From contig JBITNC010000001.1 in the NCBI GenBank assembly GCA_050084985.1, positions 178,560,001 through 178,624,000 of the forward strand: DNA of 64,000 nucleotides. The letters are read 5' to 3'. Each line of letters starts with the position of its first letter. Within the stretch, counting starts at the first letter, position 1. This DNA comes from Nageia nagi (Eukaryota > Plantae > Pinophyta). This document shows, piece after piece, positions 28,229 through 41,577 of the stretch. The notes under the pieces were generated by a model. That model searched no databases, was not told the origin of the DNA, and was given only the letters and a program-made list of their open reading frames with translations. A program made the translations under genes and the position numbers.

Positions 28229-30730
28229 CCTTTAATACCAACTTTATTCCAAGAATATGTTGGAAATATATATCTTATCTAAAGGATATTTATGAAGAGC
28301 ATGTTGATTCTTCCATCATGAAAAGTATATTCATTCACTATAAGTATCATTTCTCCTTTTTAAAATTTTCATGTGGAAATAAAAAGTGTTAAGTAACTCA
28401 ATATTCATATTATCAACCATATTGTTTAATAAAACACGAGGGACTCCTCTAAAAGCCATGCCTCCAACCTTGTTTCTATGTAGAGGTATCCTACTATGAG
28501 AGTAATTAACACATAACTCTAGAATTTGTATGAAGTAAATATTGGAAATATCTCCTTCCCCCATATCATTAAGGTTTTCCATTGAATTTTCTCTTAACCC
28601 TTAAAGTAAAATATTTTCAATGCATCTTCAATAAGATCCAAGTTTCCCCATTGTTTAAAATTTTTGAATCGTTATATATAATTTCTAGAGATTCATATTC
28701 ATTTGGATTTTTTTTTTTAAATTTCATCCTTATGATCCTTAAGTTTGAAATAATCTTGATAATTCTCCAAGAAGACATCATTCATTCCATCTCTAATGGT
28801 TCCTCTCTAACTAGTGATTAAATTTTCAAGAATACTCATGAACTATCATAAGGATGCATCCTTTAATGTGCATGGGAATGTTTCTTAGTATCTAAAATAT
28901 GATCATAATTTTTTTAGAGTACTTCAAACTCAAATAAAAATGCTTTTTGATCCTTAGAGCCCAATCCTTAAAACTCTAGGAGCATAGAAAGAAATGTTTT
29001 CATTAGGGTTCCATTTCTTGGTTTAGTTGGAAATTGAATAGGGTATTAAAACATATGAATATTATGTTGAGCTCTAGCCATGTTGTATGCCCAAGGGATC
29101 CACCAATTATGTTGATAATCCTATCTTGGAGTTGACTCAAAATTTTCCTTTAATGATTCTTCATCTTCATCTAGTATCTCAAAAGAAAATTGATATCTAA
29201 ATGTGTGACATGAGTGTGTAGATTATGATGAAATATTTTTAAAATGCTCAAACCCTTCTTTGATTTATATTGAATTTTTGTGCTATTTATAAGGATTACC
29301 CCCATCCTCTTATACCTTTAAATGTTATTCTTCTTGATTATTAGTACATTCACCTTATTTTAGGGGTTGGTAATGAATCAAACATGAATATCTTATAATT
29401 GACTTATTCATCATTTTCTTTCCCAATCAATTTATGAAACTAATAAAAAATAGCCAACTTACTATATAATAATATAACGTAAACCAAATTTGAAATAAAT
29501 CATAACTACTTAGAACCTAATCCTTGATGCTTTAATATTCACTTGGGAGTTGCATGATGTTGTTGTATACCAAGTACCCTTTATAATGCTTAAACATCCA
29601 AGACTCATCAATTCCTTTAAAATTCCAATACTATCCTTGCTACCATCCCTAGGAATAGTATCAAAAATTGGTGAGTTTTATAATTTACTTGTAAATCAAG
29701 TATTTTTAGTATCCCTTTCATGAACCATTCATTTATTTGATGCTTAGGGACCAATTAAATCCTAAGAGTTGGTACTATAATTTTGTAGGATTTTTAAACT
29801 TCTTACCATTCTTGAAAGTGAACTAACTTGTTCTAACTAGGGGTAATTTTAACTTATCACCATAATCTATCAATTTGAATATGATTTAAATAGAGATGTT
29901 ATCCATATGAACTAATATTTTACTTGAGAACTTATTGAGTAGGACTATTCATACTAAAATAAAGAAACTTCATAGAATTGGTATACTTTCAATGGAAATC
30001 TAACTACAACTGAATCTAAAGATAATATTGAAATAATATAGGAAATATAAAATATAGAATAAAATACAACCATTCTATTTCATTTGTATATCTAATCCTA
30101 CTACAGAAGGAACTATAGGGACTAACCATCCTTGGTGGGCACTTACCAAGTAAAAATAGTATGTTAAATCTCTTGCCTACTTAATCCTACTTTAGTAGAT
30201 GGAATTCATTAATACACATAATGCATGAGATCAAAATTGAAATTAACATGATTCTTATATTAAACTTGTTGTTTCATCATTGTAAGATATGGTATCCATA
30301 GTAAGGATCATACATGATATGGTTTCTAAATGAACTACAAATTTAACATCCAATTAGAACATAAATCTAAAACTCTTCTAACTATCCTAAATTGGATCAA
30401 TGGGCTTCCTTTTAACTAAAATAATATAACTATTCAACTATTTAAATTTTGTAGGTACATGGTCATCCTCAAATATTGGAGGTTATTGAATAAGATAATT
30501 TGTCTAACCTATGAGAAAGGTCCTCTAGCTATAGTGATGATATCCTATTATTCTTTAGGGAACACTCTTCAATCCTTTCTTTGCCACAACTCCTCTTGGT
30601 AATTTACTTCCACCTTCTCATGAATTGGTTTTATGTAGGATCTTTTGCAATCAAGTCTCCCAGTAATAGGAGATTCTAAATTAAAAATTCATTAAAATGA
30701 ACCAAAACACCAAGGTATATGCAAATATAA

Positions 30731-30734
<4 letters not shown>

Positions 30735-30813
<79 letters not shown>
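30735..30813. repeat. (TA)n microsatellite
   Basis: Directly visible. Confidence 0.97.
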
Positions 30814-30815
<2 letters not shown>

Positions 30816-33800
30816 CTATCAACCATATTTACCAATTTATCATTAATAAGCATAAACATTCAAAATAATATCATACACATAGTATCCATAAGCATTATCT
30901 AGAGTATTAAAATATGTCCTATATTCTAATTCTATCAAATATAAGGTTATGTACCTCTATACAAAAGATAATCAAATGGCAAGGTGGTTGAATAATTAGA
31001 GTACAATTAGGAAATAAAATGAGAAATGAATATATCTAGCTAAAGTTTATCTAAATAAATTACAATTAATGGTAGCTAAAAGATAAATTTTGGTAAGGTT
31101 AATATTGGGCTATGAAATTGAATGGAACGTATGTGTTGATGGACATAGATTCTACATCTCCAAAACTATTTTTGATCTAATTTTGTAAGGTGGTTTATGA
31201 AGATTTGAGTAGGTAATGAAGGCTTTTGTAAAAACAATTAAATGGAATATAGACCAAGATATATTAGGGTAGGTTGTAAAGGGTTAAGGCATTAATACAT
31301 AAAAGAAATATATAATTATAAATTCTGATATTTTAAATATTATATTCTTAGAGAAAACATCTTTTTATAATTATAAATTAGCTTGTGCAATTTGGAAAGC
31401 TTTTACATAAAAAAATTGAAGTCAAAATTGATATATACTAATCAAAATTTAGAAATAAGACATAACATTTTTACATTGATATAAAAACTTATATGGCAAG
31501 ATAAAGTGTACATGAAAGAAATAAAAAAATACTCAAATAAAATTAGAAATAATTAATCAAATATAATATTCCACAAAAATATTACAATTATTTGGATTAA
31601 TTATTAAGGGTTGAGGATAAAGAAAGATAAAATTATATTAACTAATTTAAGTCAAATTTCATAGATAACTAAAATCAATATTTGAAATTTTCATATGATA
31701 ATATATTATACTATCTATATTTAAGTTCATTAATTTATTAAAATTTATTATTATGATAGTTTTATATTTTTTGGTAAATAAAAAAAATATATTAACTAAT
31801 TATCATGGTTACATTAGGGAGGCCATTAAAGAATGTAAGAAGAACTAAAAAAACCAAAATTAAGCTCCAAGAGAGCACCTAAAGGAATGAAAATAAAGGA
31901 AAGCTGGGTAGAGTCTATGGAGTCATCAACTTGGTTTATCAATAGGTGGCTATTATTTCAATCTTGAGATGAACTAAGGTCATTTTGGTGAGGGAGGAAA
32001 AACATCATTCTCAACTTCCTTTTGTTTGTTGGTGTAGCACTAAGCATTAGGTGGGGGTGTGGCATCATTCCATGTGTGGCATCATTCCATAATGAGGAAC
32101 CCTCACTATTAGTCATGATCTATGTTGAATGCCATATATTTGATATTATTGGCCATGTTATAAGCTAGGATAATTTTGAATTTATGAGGGAGGGAATTGG
32201 AGTGATTGCTAAATATTTCTCAAGTCTCTACCATAAGTAATCTATGGTTGTGAACTTGTTGTTAAAAACTTTATTATTATACTCAAACCAAAGGGACCAA
32301 ATCAACATGAATAGAGTTGCTTTACAAAGTACTATTAATGGCTTATAAGTGCTTGAAGTATGCTAATTAAATAATAGATCCCCAACAAATGGATAGATGG
32401 ACCAAGAAATAGAGAATTGAGTTGAAAGATTCCACCACATCTAGCTTGAGTATGAGCATGTTATTTAGGAAGTGTTTTCCTATCTCTTCTTTAGCACCAT
32501 ACATAACATAATGAATTAGGCCAATCTAACCCTACTTTAGAAGTTTCTCCTAGGATAGAAATTTGTTGAGGACTACAAGCTATAAGAAGTAATTGGTTTT
32601 TGGCCATGCCTTGGAGTTCCAAACCTTTTTCTAGACCATTATGGGAAGGGAAGATAGAGGTAATTGTGTGATTGATTTGAATGCCACCTTAACATAGTAA
32701 TCTCTTATATAAGTGAGGGTGCATATCAACAAATAATTCATATCCTCACACTCAAGGGTGTGAGCCTCCAACATTATCTATAGGTTATGATATTCCTCTA
32801 TCAAGTCATGGGGAACCATATGAAGAGTTTTTTATATTTTGACTCTTCTCCCTAACTTAATAACCCATGATTAGTAATTTATTACTTTATCATCCTAAAT
32901 TTGCCATAGGTGATTCTAGAGAGGTTGATATGATGTGGTGGAAGATAAAGGTTAACTTTCATTCCTATACCTATTTGTCATTTAAGGAATTGCATAATAA
33001 GAGGTATTACCTTATGAATTCCATTCCAAATGGGAGAACCCCATGGAGAGTCTATTGTAGTGAATAGTATCTTTAGTTAAGGATCATCTAGGTATTTTAT
33101 CCATATGGATTGAATCTAGAGAAGGAATTTGTTTATGTATATCCTCCATGCTAAGCTTCCTAGTTGAGTGAGGTTTATGTTATGAAGACTTGTGATTCCC
33201 AATCCTCCCACCAATTTAGAATAACAAAAAGTATCCCATGCAGCTAGATAGATTTTACAAATCTCTAAAACTTTATAATAAAGGAAGTTACATATAAGTG
33301 AATCCATTCTCACTATGACATTTTGAGGAAACCAAAAAATAGTAAACCAATAGATAGAGACATCTCTTAGGATTACCTTGATTTTTGTGAGGTATCCAAT
33401 TGTTGAAAAATATTTGGCTTTCCAAGTGTTCATATTACTTTGCATTTTGTCAATCAAGGAGTCCTAAATTTTTTTAAAGTTACCCCTCATCAATGACATG
33501 CTTAATTATATATTGAGGAGTTGATCCATAGATATTCTTGTTCACTAACTACTTTGATTGAGGTACAAATTTGAAATGTTAAATATATAGACTTTTTATT
33601 TTTAAAATTTATGTTTTTGGCCAAAGGAGTACTCATAAATTCAAAGGAATTTAGTGAGGTATTTGATTTCATATTGCAATGGAAAATTACTAGTAGGGTA
33701 TCATTGACAAATTGTGAATAGGTTATTGGGGGGGATTGCCTGTTATATGGAGACCATGGATTTTACCAGCTACCTAAAGATGCTTCATATCTCTCCTTAA

Positions 33801-34437
33801 GACTTCATTTAGGATGATGAAAAGATATGGGATAAGGGATCACATTATTAAAGGCCCCTTAAGATTCTAAAGTAACCCCTTGATTCTCCATTAATTAGAA
33901 TTAATGATTTTGGCTCATTAATCAATGAGAAGATCCACTGTACCCATTATTCTTATAACCTAATTTCCTTATTATCTAGAGTATAAAGCCCCCATTAAAC
34001 TTATAAAAGGCCTTATCCATGTATAACTTAAGTAATAGATATTTATTTTTGTGCTTGTTGATAGAATGAATGACCTCATGGATTAAGACAACACCATCAA
34101 GAATATGGTGCTCCTTCACAAATTCTTTATGTTCTTCTGAAATGATTGATGGAAGAATTGTTTGTAATATGTTGGCATATACCTTTGGAATCACCTTATA
34201 AATATAATTACATAAAGATATTGGCCAAAATAAGGTAATTGATTTAGCATATTTAACTTTTGGAATGTGAGCCAAAAATGTGGGGTTGAGTCTCCATAGC
34301 ATTTTCTTGGATTTGAATGATGCTTTTACTGTAACCACCAATTCTACTTTGAGGAGAGGAAAAAAATGTTTAAAAATGCTTAAGGGGAAACCATCAAGAC
34401 CTAGGGCTACATAAGGCTTGAGGTGGAAGAGAGTGGC

Positions 34438-35462
34438 TAGGTGAGTGAAAGAAGTTGGACCCACTTAAAGGGGAAGTGGGGAAATTGGTGAAGTTAAAAT
34501 TCAATGTCAAAAAAATTAGGATCCCAATTTAGGTTTGAGACTGCAATACATATCAGGATCCTAATATTTATAACTAAAATACATACATATATTAGGATCC
34601 TAATATTTGAATCTTTGATTTCACCTTGGATTTAGGCTTGGAAAAGGCTTGGTGAGCCAACACTTAGCCTTAGACCTGCAAGTATATGTTCATGGCAATG
34701 TTAATACAAAATCTCAACTTCAAGCATACATTTAATGGTGTTTTTGGTAGAATTTTCATAAAATTGAAACCCATTATAGATTAAAGGGTGTAGATTTCAA
34801 ATATGTATTTTTTTTGAAATTGGATAAGATTTTATATTTGTAATTATTTTTTAGTAAAAGTGGTCCATATACTTGAAATATGAGGGTCTCATATTTTCTT
34901 AATAAGATTCATTTTTGGGGGATTTATGAAAACAAAATTATATAGGAACAAGCTTCACAAAATTCTCTATAAGAATAAAAAAATATGGAAAAAATTAATT
35001 TTAGATCAAATTATGGTGGATGCACACAAGCACTTTTTGAAACCACTAACATGCCTGATACAAAATTAATAAAAAAAATATTAATGAAAAAATTATGGAA
35101 AAATATCTAGGACAAGCACCAATGTGTTAGGTATCTTTACCTAAAAGGATTTTAAAAAATACCTTGATTTTAGTCAAATTAGACTGGATGGACATGTGCA
35201 TGGTATGGTACAAAAATGTTTTTTTTTTTAATTGGTTTTTGTTTATCCTATCTAATTTTAAATTTTATGATCTAGGTATTAGAATAAATTATATATTTGA
35301 AAATTAAACTCTAAGTACTACATTTTCATTACAGTGATATTTTTCATGATTCCATGTCTAAGTGATTAAAATTTTGAGATCACTCATACCTAAACTTGAA
35401 AATTAAAGAAAACACACCTATTTATTAGCCTTAAAGTAGACCCAACTTCTTGCACCCACCTA
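34438..35462. mobile_element. Non-autonomous TIR DNA element (~1025 bp) inserted in L1 ORF2
   Basis: Left end TAGGTGAGTGAAAGAAGTTGGACCCACTTAAAGG; right end reverse complement TAGGTGGGTGCAAGAAGTTGGGTCTACTTTAAGG. Removing it restores the L1 frame EEEVEATLFHLKP. Confidence 0.88.
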
Positions 35463-36041
35463 GCCTCAACTTCTTCCTCACTAATTAGACTATTTAGAAA
35501 GAGGTTTTACTCTTTCATTATTAGCCTAAGGATGAGGGATAAAATTTTTTATTGAGTAGCATTTCTTTGATCCTTTGTTTAGTGAGGAGAGAATGAAAAA
35601 AGGATATGATATGGTAATTTATTTCATTAAGTCTTGAGAGAGTGTGACCCTCTAAATAAACATGAGAGAATATCCTATTATTGGATCAGTGCACCATCGT
35701 AGTATGATGTAACAAGTATTTATATCACCTTTTTTGAGCAATTGAATCCTTAATTTCTATTTCTAAAATGTTTCCTCATTCAAATAAGCCAATTTAAATT
35801 TATGAAGAATATGGAATTCCTAATCAAATAACTGAGAGTCTTAGTGACATATTATTCTACCTTATAGTTTCTAAAGGTGCTACTCAAGACCTATATTGGC
35901 TATAGTAATATCTCTAATGAATCTTTTTTCCATAGATTAAACTTTCCTTTTAGCCTTTGCAACTTAGTGGTAAATGTAAACATAGTTGTACCATACACAT
36001 TGCTCTCCTCCCTCCACCATTACTCAATAAGGTCATCAAAT

Positions 36042-36581
36042 TGATGCACCTTATTAAAGTCATAAATTTTGACCATTTTTTTCATTTACATTAAAATTTA
36101 ATAGGTGGTTTCATGTTTGTGTTCTACATTAGGTAAATATTTGATTTCCTTGACCCTCTAAAAATCATATTTTTGAGACCTAACTCCTCAATCTAGCATC
36201 CCAAAATTAGCTTTTACTTTATGTTCTCAAGCTTTTTAGGCTTTTTTGCATGTTAAAACTTTAATATATTTTGTTATACATTAAGTTCAATCATGATATT
36301 TTAAATTAAGGTTTATTATTATATGAGGGATGTGTATACTAAATTTGGGTACAATCCAACTCATTTATATTTTTAGTTATTTTTAGAAAAAGATGTTTTT
36401 AGGGTTTCTTTAATGTTTCTTTGGTTTTCAATTTCTATATGATGAATTGTATTCTCTTAGAGAAGTATTCTAAATTAAATAATGAGAATAATATTATTTT
36501 GTAGTTTTATTCCAATATATTGCATTTGTATTATATGATTGCAGTGCATTTTATTTTTCTCTTGTAACTGAATTCACATCA
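36042..36581 (+). mobile_element. Solo LTR (540 bp) inserted in L1 ORF2
   Basis: TGATGCACC...TTCACATCA with a perfect 5-bp TSD CAAAT (36037-36041, 36582-36586). Removal restores L1 PFCFQKKWLNHPSFDDLIE*WW. Confidence 0.9.
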
Positions 36582-39111
36582 CAAATGAAGGATGGTTTAG
36601 CCACTTTTTTTGGAAGCAAAAGGGGGTTGCTTTGGGTTTCATAGGGTCCTCCTAGGTTAAGGCCATTATCCAATGGTTTTGTCCTCCATAAGGAAGTACC
36701 TCTATTTACATAATTTTCTCCTATTCCAACCAACACATAGAAGCCAAGAATCTTTCCATGTTTTTTGAAATAGATTGATCATCCTTTCTTTTATTTATCC
36801 AAGTATAGAGTCTATTGATATAAGGAGGTTCATAAAGTTATTGTTAATCTATAAATGAGTTAAATTAATCTAAGCTTGTATCAAGCTACATAAACCATCC
36901 TTGATTTTTAGTGAGGTTCCTAATGATGTTGAATTCCCCTCCTAATAACTAAGGTCTATTTCCATGTTATGGAAACCAAATGTCAATATGATTTTATATT
37001 TCTCTTTTTTATTCATTAAAGTTTATACCATATATATTGATTATTCCAAATAGCTTCCTTAGTGTATAACACCTTATCATGATGGCCATTTAGTGATAGT
37101 TTGTGAAAACTGACATGCACTTTTGTTGGAGTTATCCCATAATATAAGCATACCTCTAGACTAGAAGTAATCATGCTTTGGGGACAAATATTTATAAATC
37201 TTACCTAAATCTTTATCAGATGTCTTAGTTTCTTAAATTAGAATAACACCATGTATCTTAGTTTATACTAGGATTTTTTTGATTCCAATTATTCAAGAGA
37301 ATGGAGGCCTCAAGTGTTCATGTAATAAGCTTCATTCGAGCTTTTTAGCTTCCAAAAGTGCATCTATTTGAATCTATGAGCCTTCTTCAATATCCTAAGA
37401 TAAGTGTTGAAGAGTAGCTTGTGTTGCTTTTCATCTAGTTCTTTTTTGTATGCTCAAGTTTGGGGATATTAATATATTGGCAATTTATTTCAAAGGGGGA
37501 ACATCCTTATTAGTTGAGTGATATTTAGACTAGTATCCTCCTTAAGGATTCAATAAGGTGGATGGATGGGTGTGGTTAGAATTAGGTAGGGATACTTCTT
37601 CCATATTTTGATATATCTCCTATAAGGGGATTATTACATTTGATAAGGACTTTGTATTATTTTGATTAGAAGAATTGATTTATTAGGATAATGATGAATT
37701 ATTGAAGGGAATAAGGAGAAGTCATATGGTTATTTCAAGTTGTGCTCAAAGGTTCTTGGGTGGGGAGTGGGGATTCTAGATCCTCTTATATCTTTATGGA
37801 TGGTAGGTAGCTAAAAGGATTGATGTGCTTATGAGGGGATTATTTATTCAATGATGGAGGAGAAGAGGATTAGATTGAGTCCTTAACTTAAGTTTTCTAA
37901 TGCCTAGATTATTGAGATACATAAGTTGAAGTTTTATATGGAGGTGATTATAAAACTATTTGATGCAACTATGGGTCAACTGGCCATAATTTGCGTAGAC
38001 TTTGGAATGGAATGGGTATTTTCATAGTTAATCACCTAATCCAACATAAATTCTTAATATAGGAAATGAATATGGGTCTATGTTGGAAGATGGGAATAGA
38101 GGTCTATTTGAATATAAATTCAAGTATAGGACAAGGATTTATGCTCCATGGTTCATTTTGAAGTTAATAAATATTCCTTAATGAAGTATCAAATTTAAGC
38201 AAAGGCTTATTTGTATCAAAATTCTATAGGAAAATCAAGAAGTCTCACCCACACTGGAGCCACCAAGGGGTTTTCTTCATAAGGTTTAAAATCAAGGTTC
38301 CAAGGTTTCATGAACAAACCTACATGGGTATAAAACTAAGGGTCTCCTTGGAAAATAACATCTCTATCCTCTTTTGTGATGAAAGTAATAATTAAATAGC
38401 CATGGAAGTAGTGGCTTATAGTAATATCCCCTTGGTATTCTACATATGATCAATTTAGGCTTCAATAGTGCTAGGTTGAATACCAAATCCTAAGAAATGA
38501 TAGATAAGTTCATGCTTTTTCAAGATCTATATTCCACTTCTTACTTGATGGATTTTGATTTCCACCTATGTTATACCATCAATAACCTTCAAACATCCAT
38601 TTTTCATTTTTATTGGGATCCTTTGGTACTTATCTTAGATCCACTTATAAAATAGCTTAGAGCTTGTAGAATGTTAGATAACAAGGTTTTTATTGTGAAG
38701 CACATCCTAGTAGGATGGTTTTAGGTGTAAATTCAAAGCATCTCCATTGTCTCTAATGGTAATGATCCTCTTACCAGTTGAAATGGATAATGATTCACCT
38801 ACAAGTTTAGAGGAACCCCATGATCCAAATGCCATGGCTGTGAGTAGGTTGGCAAAGTCATCAAGGATTATAGGGTGCTAGCAAAATATTCTTCCCACCC
38901 CAATTTTTGATAATTTGATATTTTTAGAAGATTAATAATTTCATAATTTAATCCATGGAAAAGCATTTACAATTACAAAATTATTGATAAGGAATAAGTC
39001 AAGAATTGAATATTTACTAAGATTTTAAATTAGAAAAATATAAAATATATTATAAATATTTAATGTTCATATTAAATACTATTCTAAAAAAAATAAGATA
39101 CATATCTGTAA

Positions 39112-39663
39112 AGGTATAATGAAATTACCTTAAGTTTGGTGATGAATCAACATTGTAAAAATATTTCTATATTTATTATTTACTATTTTTTTACCAAAAA
39201 TGATATTTATACTATGTCTACCTAAAACCCCAAAATCAATTCCCCATCTTTCATTAAAATATAGCTTCAACTATTATTATTATATTACTAAAAAATAAAT
39301 TAAATAAAATTCATACAATTTATATACTTATTCTTTAATTTCATACAATTTATGAAAAGTTATATAAATTAGATGTAAATGGTGTAATCAATAGTTACTT
39401 TCAAATTATAAAAATGATACTTTCATAATAAATAAATAAAGTAAAAAAAATGATTATATATATAAATTAATATTTTTTCCTTTATATAGACTAGAAACAA
39501 ATGATGCCAATCTAATGCGAAAAGGGGGAATTGATTTTAGGGTTTTAGGTAGACATAGTGTAAATATTATTTTTAAATAATTGAAGTATTAAATTATATA
39601 GAATATGTTTTTCATATTTTGTAATTTTTGATTACCACAAAGCTTAAGGTAACTTCATTATGC
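39112..39663. repeat. Long inverted repeat (arms ~39112-39256 and ~39513-39663), foldback/MITE-like
   Basis: actatgtctacctaaaaccccaaaatcaattcccc vs gggggaattgattttagggttttaggtagacatagt; taatgaaattaccttaag vs cttaaggtaacttcatta. Confidence 0.8.
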
Positions 39664-41024
39664 TATTCCACATAGTATTTTTAATTATATATTTTGTTAT
39701 GATAATCATAATTATTATTATTAAATAAGAAAATATAAGAATATCATAACTATACAATATTTTGATAATTTTGTTATTGACATTGATCAATATTATGATT
39801 TATCAAACATCATAAGCAACATAAGATATTAAGATTTATAATCAATTTCATAATATAAAATAAAAAATATAGATTTTTAAAATCATTCGGTATAATATTT
39901 ATTATTTTTTTCATAAATTTTTTTGTCTATTAATAATTTATATCTAGATTATATATTATTTATATATTATAGACTCTAAATTATGATTTATTGTAATAAA
40001 TACAGTAAAAATAATTCTACAATATAGATGTAAATCATTTATCTAGGTTGTCTGAATAAAACCAAAAAAGTGTACATTTGATAAGAGAGGCAAACAACCC
40101 TTAAGGTATGGTAGAAGTATACAAATGATTAGATCAAATCATAGATGAATTTGATGATGATATTCCATTGTGTGAACAACCATTCATCACCTCTTTTATC
40201 TATAACCTTGGATCACAAAGATGAATGATGGGAATAATATGCAAATAATTTAGAATTACTACATCGATGCTTTAAAACCTATAGAATTATGATATTTAAA
40301 AGATAACAAGTAGATAAAGCTTAGAGCATAATAGATTCTTATATAGGTGGCATATAGAGATACTATAAGTGTAGTATAATTAATGTATAGACAACCATCT
40401 ATCACAGAGAACCGATAAGGGTTATTATATTATGCACTTTAGTTTATACTTATAAGGAAAAAAGAGAGAGTGAAATATAAATTTGGAATAATAATAATTA
40501 TATCAATAAAATTATATAATAACATGTAATATTAATGATATTCTTAAGATAATTCTATATATAAATATGATTAAAAGATACTAGCCTTGATTAGCACATG
40601 TTTAGCATTTAATTAGTATATTAGTCTTGATATTATAGATATTTGCAAGATTTAATTAATATATGATGTAGATACTTTAAAATATAATTTATTAATAAAT
40701 AATAAATCATTTTTAGACACCTACATTTTTCTCCTCTTTGGATATGTAATAAGAGGCATTGAAATTGCATCATCCAAAGAACAAAAGAGAATTGTAGAAA
40801 ATTTTTTAATAGATTTTAAAGAGCATTTCCCTGAATGGTTTTTGAATTCATCTACTTGTTTCCTTCTTCATGCCCCCTTTTGATTTAGTTTCCCCATGAA
40901 AGCTCCATGTATGGGGAATCCAAGGCAAAAATAGATTGTGAGATATAACTTACCAAATATGATAAAAAAATATACTTGCATATATCATATCTTTTAAAGG
41001 AATATAGTATTGCAAAATAATAGG

Positions 41025-41190
41025 ATGACAATCATAACATGATGGTGATAATCATAAAATGATGATAACATTATATAACATAACATGATATAACATAACA
41101 TGATATAACATAACATAACATGATATAACCTAACATAAAATCATATAATATAACATTATGTAATATAACATAACATGATATAAGATAACT
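41025..41190. repeat. Degenerate pentanucleotide array (CATAA/CATGA/TATAA)
   Basis: taacataacatgatataacataacataacatgatataac... directly visible. Confidence 0.85.
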
Positions 41191-41507
41191 TTATATACAA
41201 GTTTATTTGTGTCCCTAAGTAAGTGTGTGGTTTTTACTCCAAAGCATTAGGTGTGTTTGCAACCAGAACATATAGGTTGCTTATACTCCTAAGTAAAAAG
41301 GGTGATCTATTTCTTGAGCATGTGTATGAAGATGGCCTCCATCAATTATTCAATATGTAACTTCATTTTCAATGATATTTGTAGAAAAAATTAAACATTT
41401 TTTGTCATGTATTTTTAAATATATCATGAGTAGAACATATATTGCATTTGAAAGATAATCATAAAGAAATCATATGATAAATATAAGAAACTATACTATA
41501 TTTTCAA

Positions 41508-41509
41508 TG

Positions 41510-41569
<60 letters not shown>

Positions 41570-41577
41570 TGTATATA
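41508..41577. repeat. (TG)n(TA)n(TATG)n compound microsatellite
   Basis: Directly visible. Confidence 0.95.

Larger units (their letters stand above)
16185..29400 (-). mobile_element. Degenerate non-chromovirus (Athila-like) Ty3/Gypsy host element, gag-protease-RT, split by two nested insertions
   Basis: Gag AFLFEFEVL (~28940) and ORF 28331..28582; Q/P/W-rich gag at 24150-24540; protease GGHPLILGCSWL (~17250); RT KDHFPLSFVDHVLD..LDGFDGYNQI..SFGLYNAPTTF..YMDYF..ISADGINVDP (16700-16190). Confidence 0.8.
31765..38900 (-). mobile_element. Near full-length degenerate L1 LINE (ORF1 plus ORF2 EN-RT-zf-RVT)
   Basis: ORF1 LFMKPW..LVAPVW-like at 38330-38240; endonuclease ~37330-36600; RT ORF 33976..34464 (LGLDGFP, FWPISLCNYIYKVI, LKLYMDKAF); ORF 33116..33457 (GGLGI); A-rich 3' end near 31765. 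Possible TSD tgatagttttatatttt (31754) / tgataatttgatatttt (38908). Confidence 0.9.

Noticed and set aside
29400-30720. Possible further gag or LTR of the Athila-like host
   Set aside because: Too degraded; no LTR pair, PBS or clear motif found
34440-34464. N-terminus MGPTSFTHL of RT ORF 33976..34464
   Set aside because: Derived from the inserted TIR, not a real start
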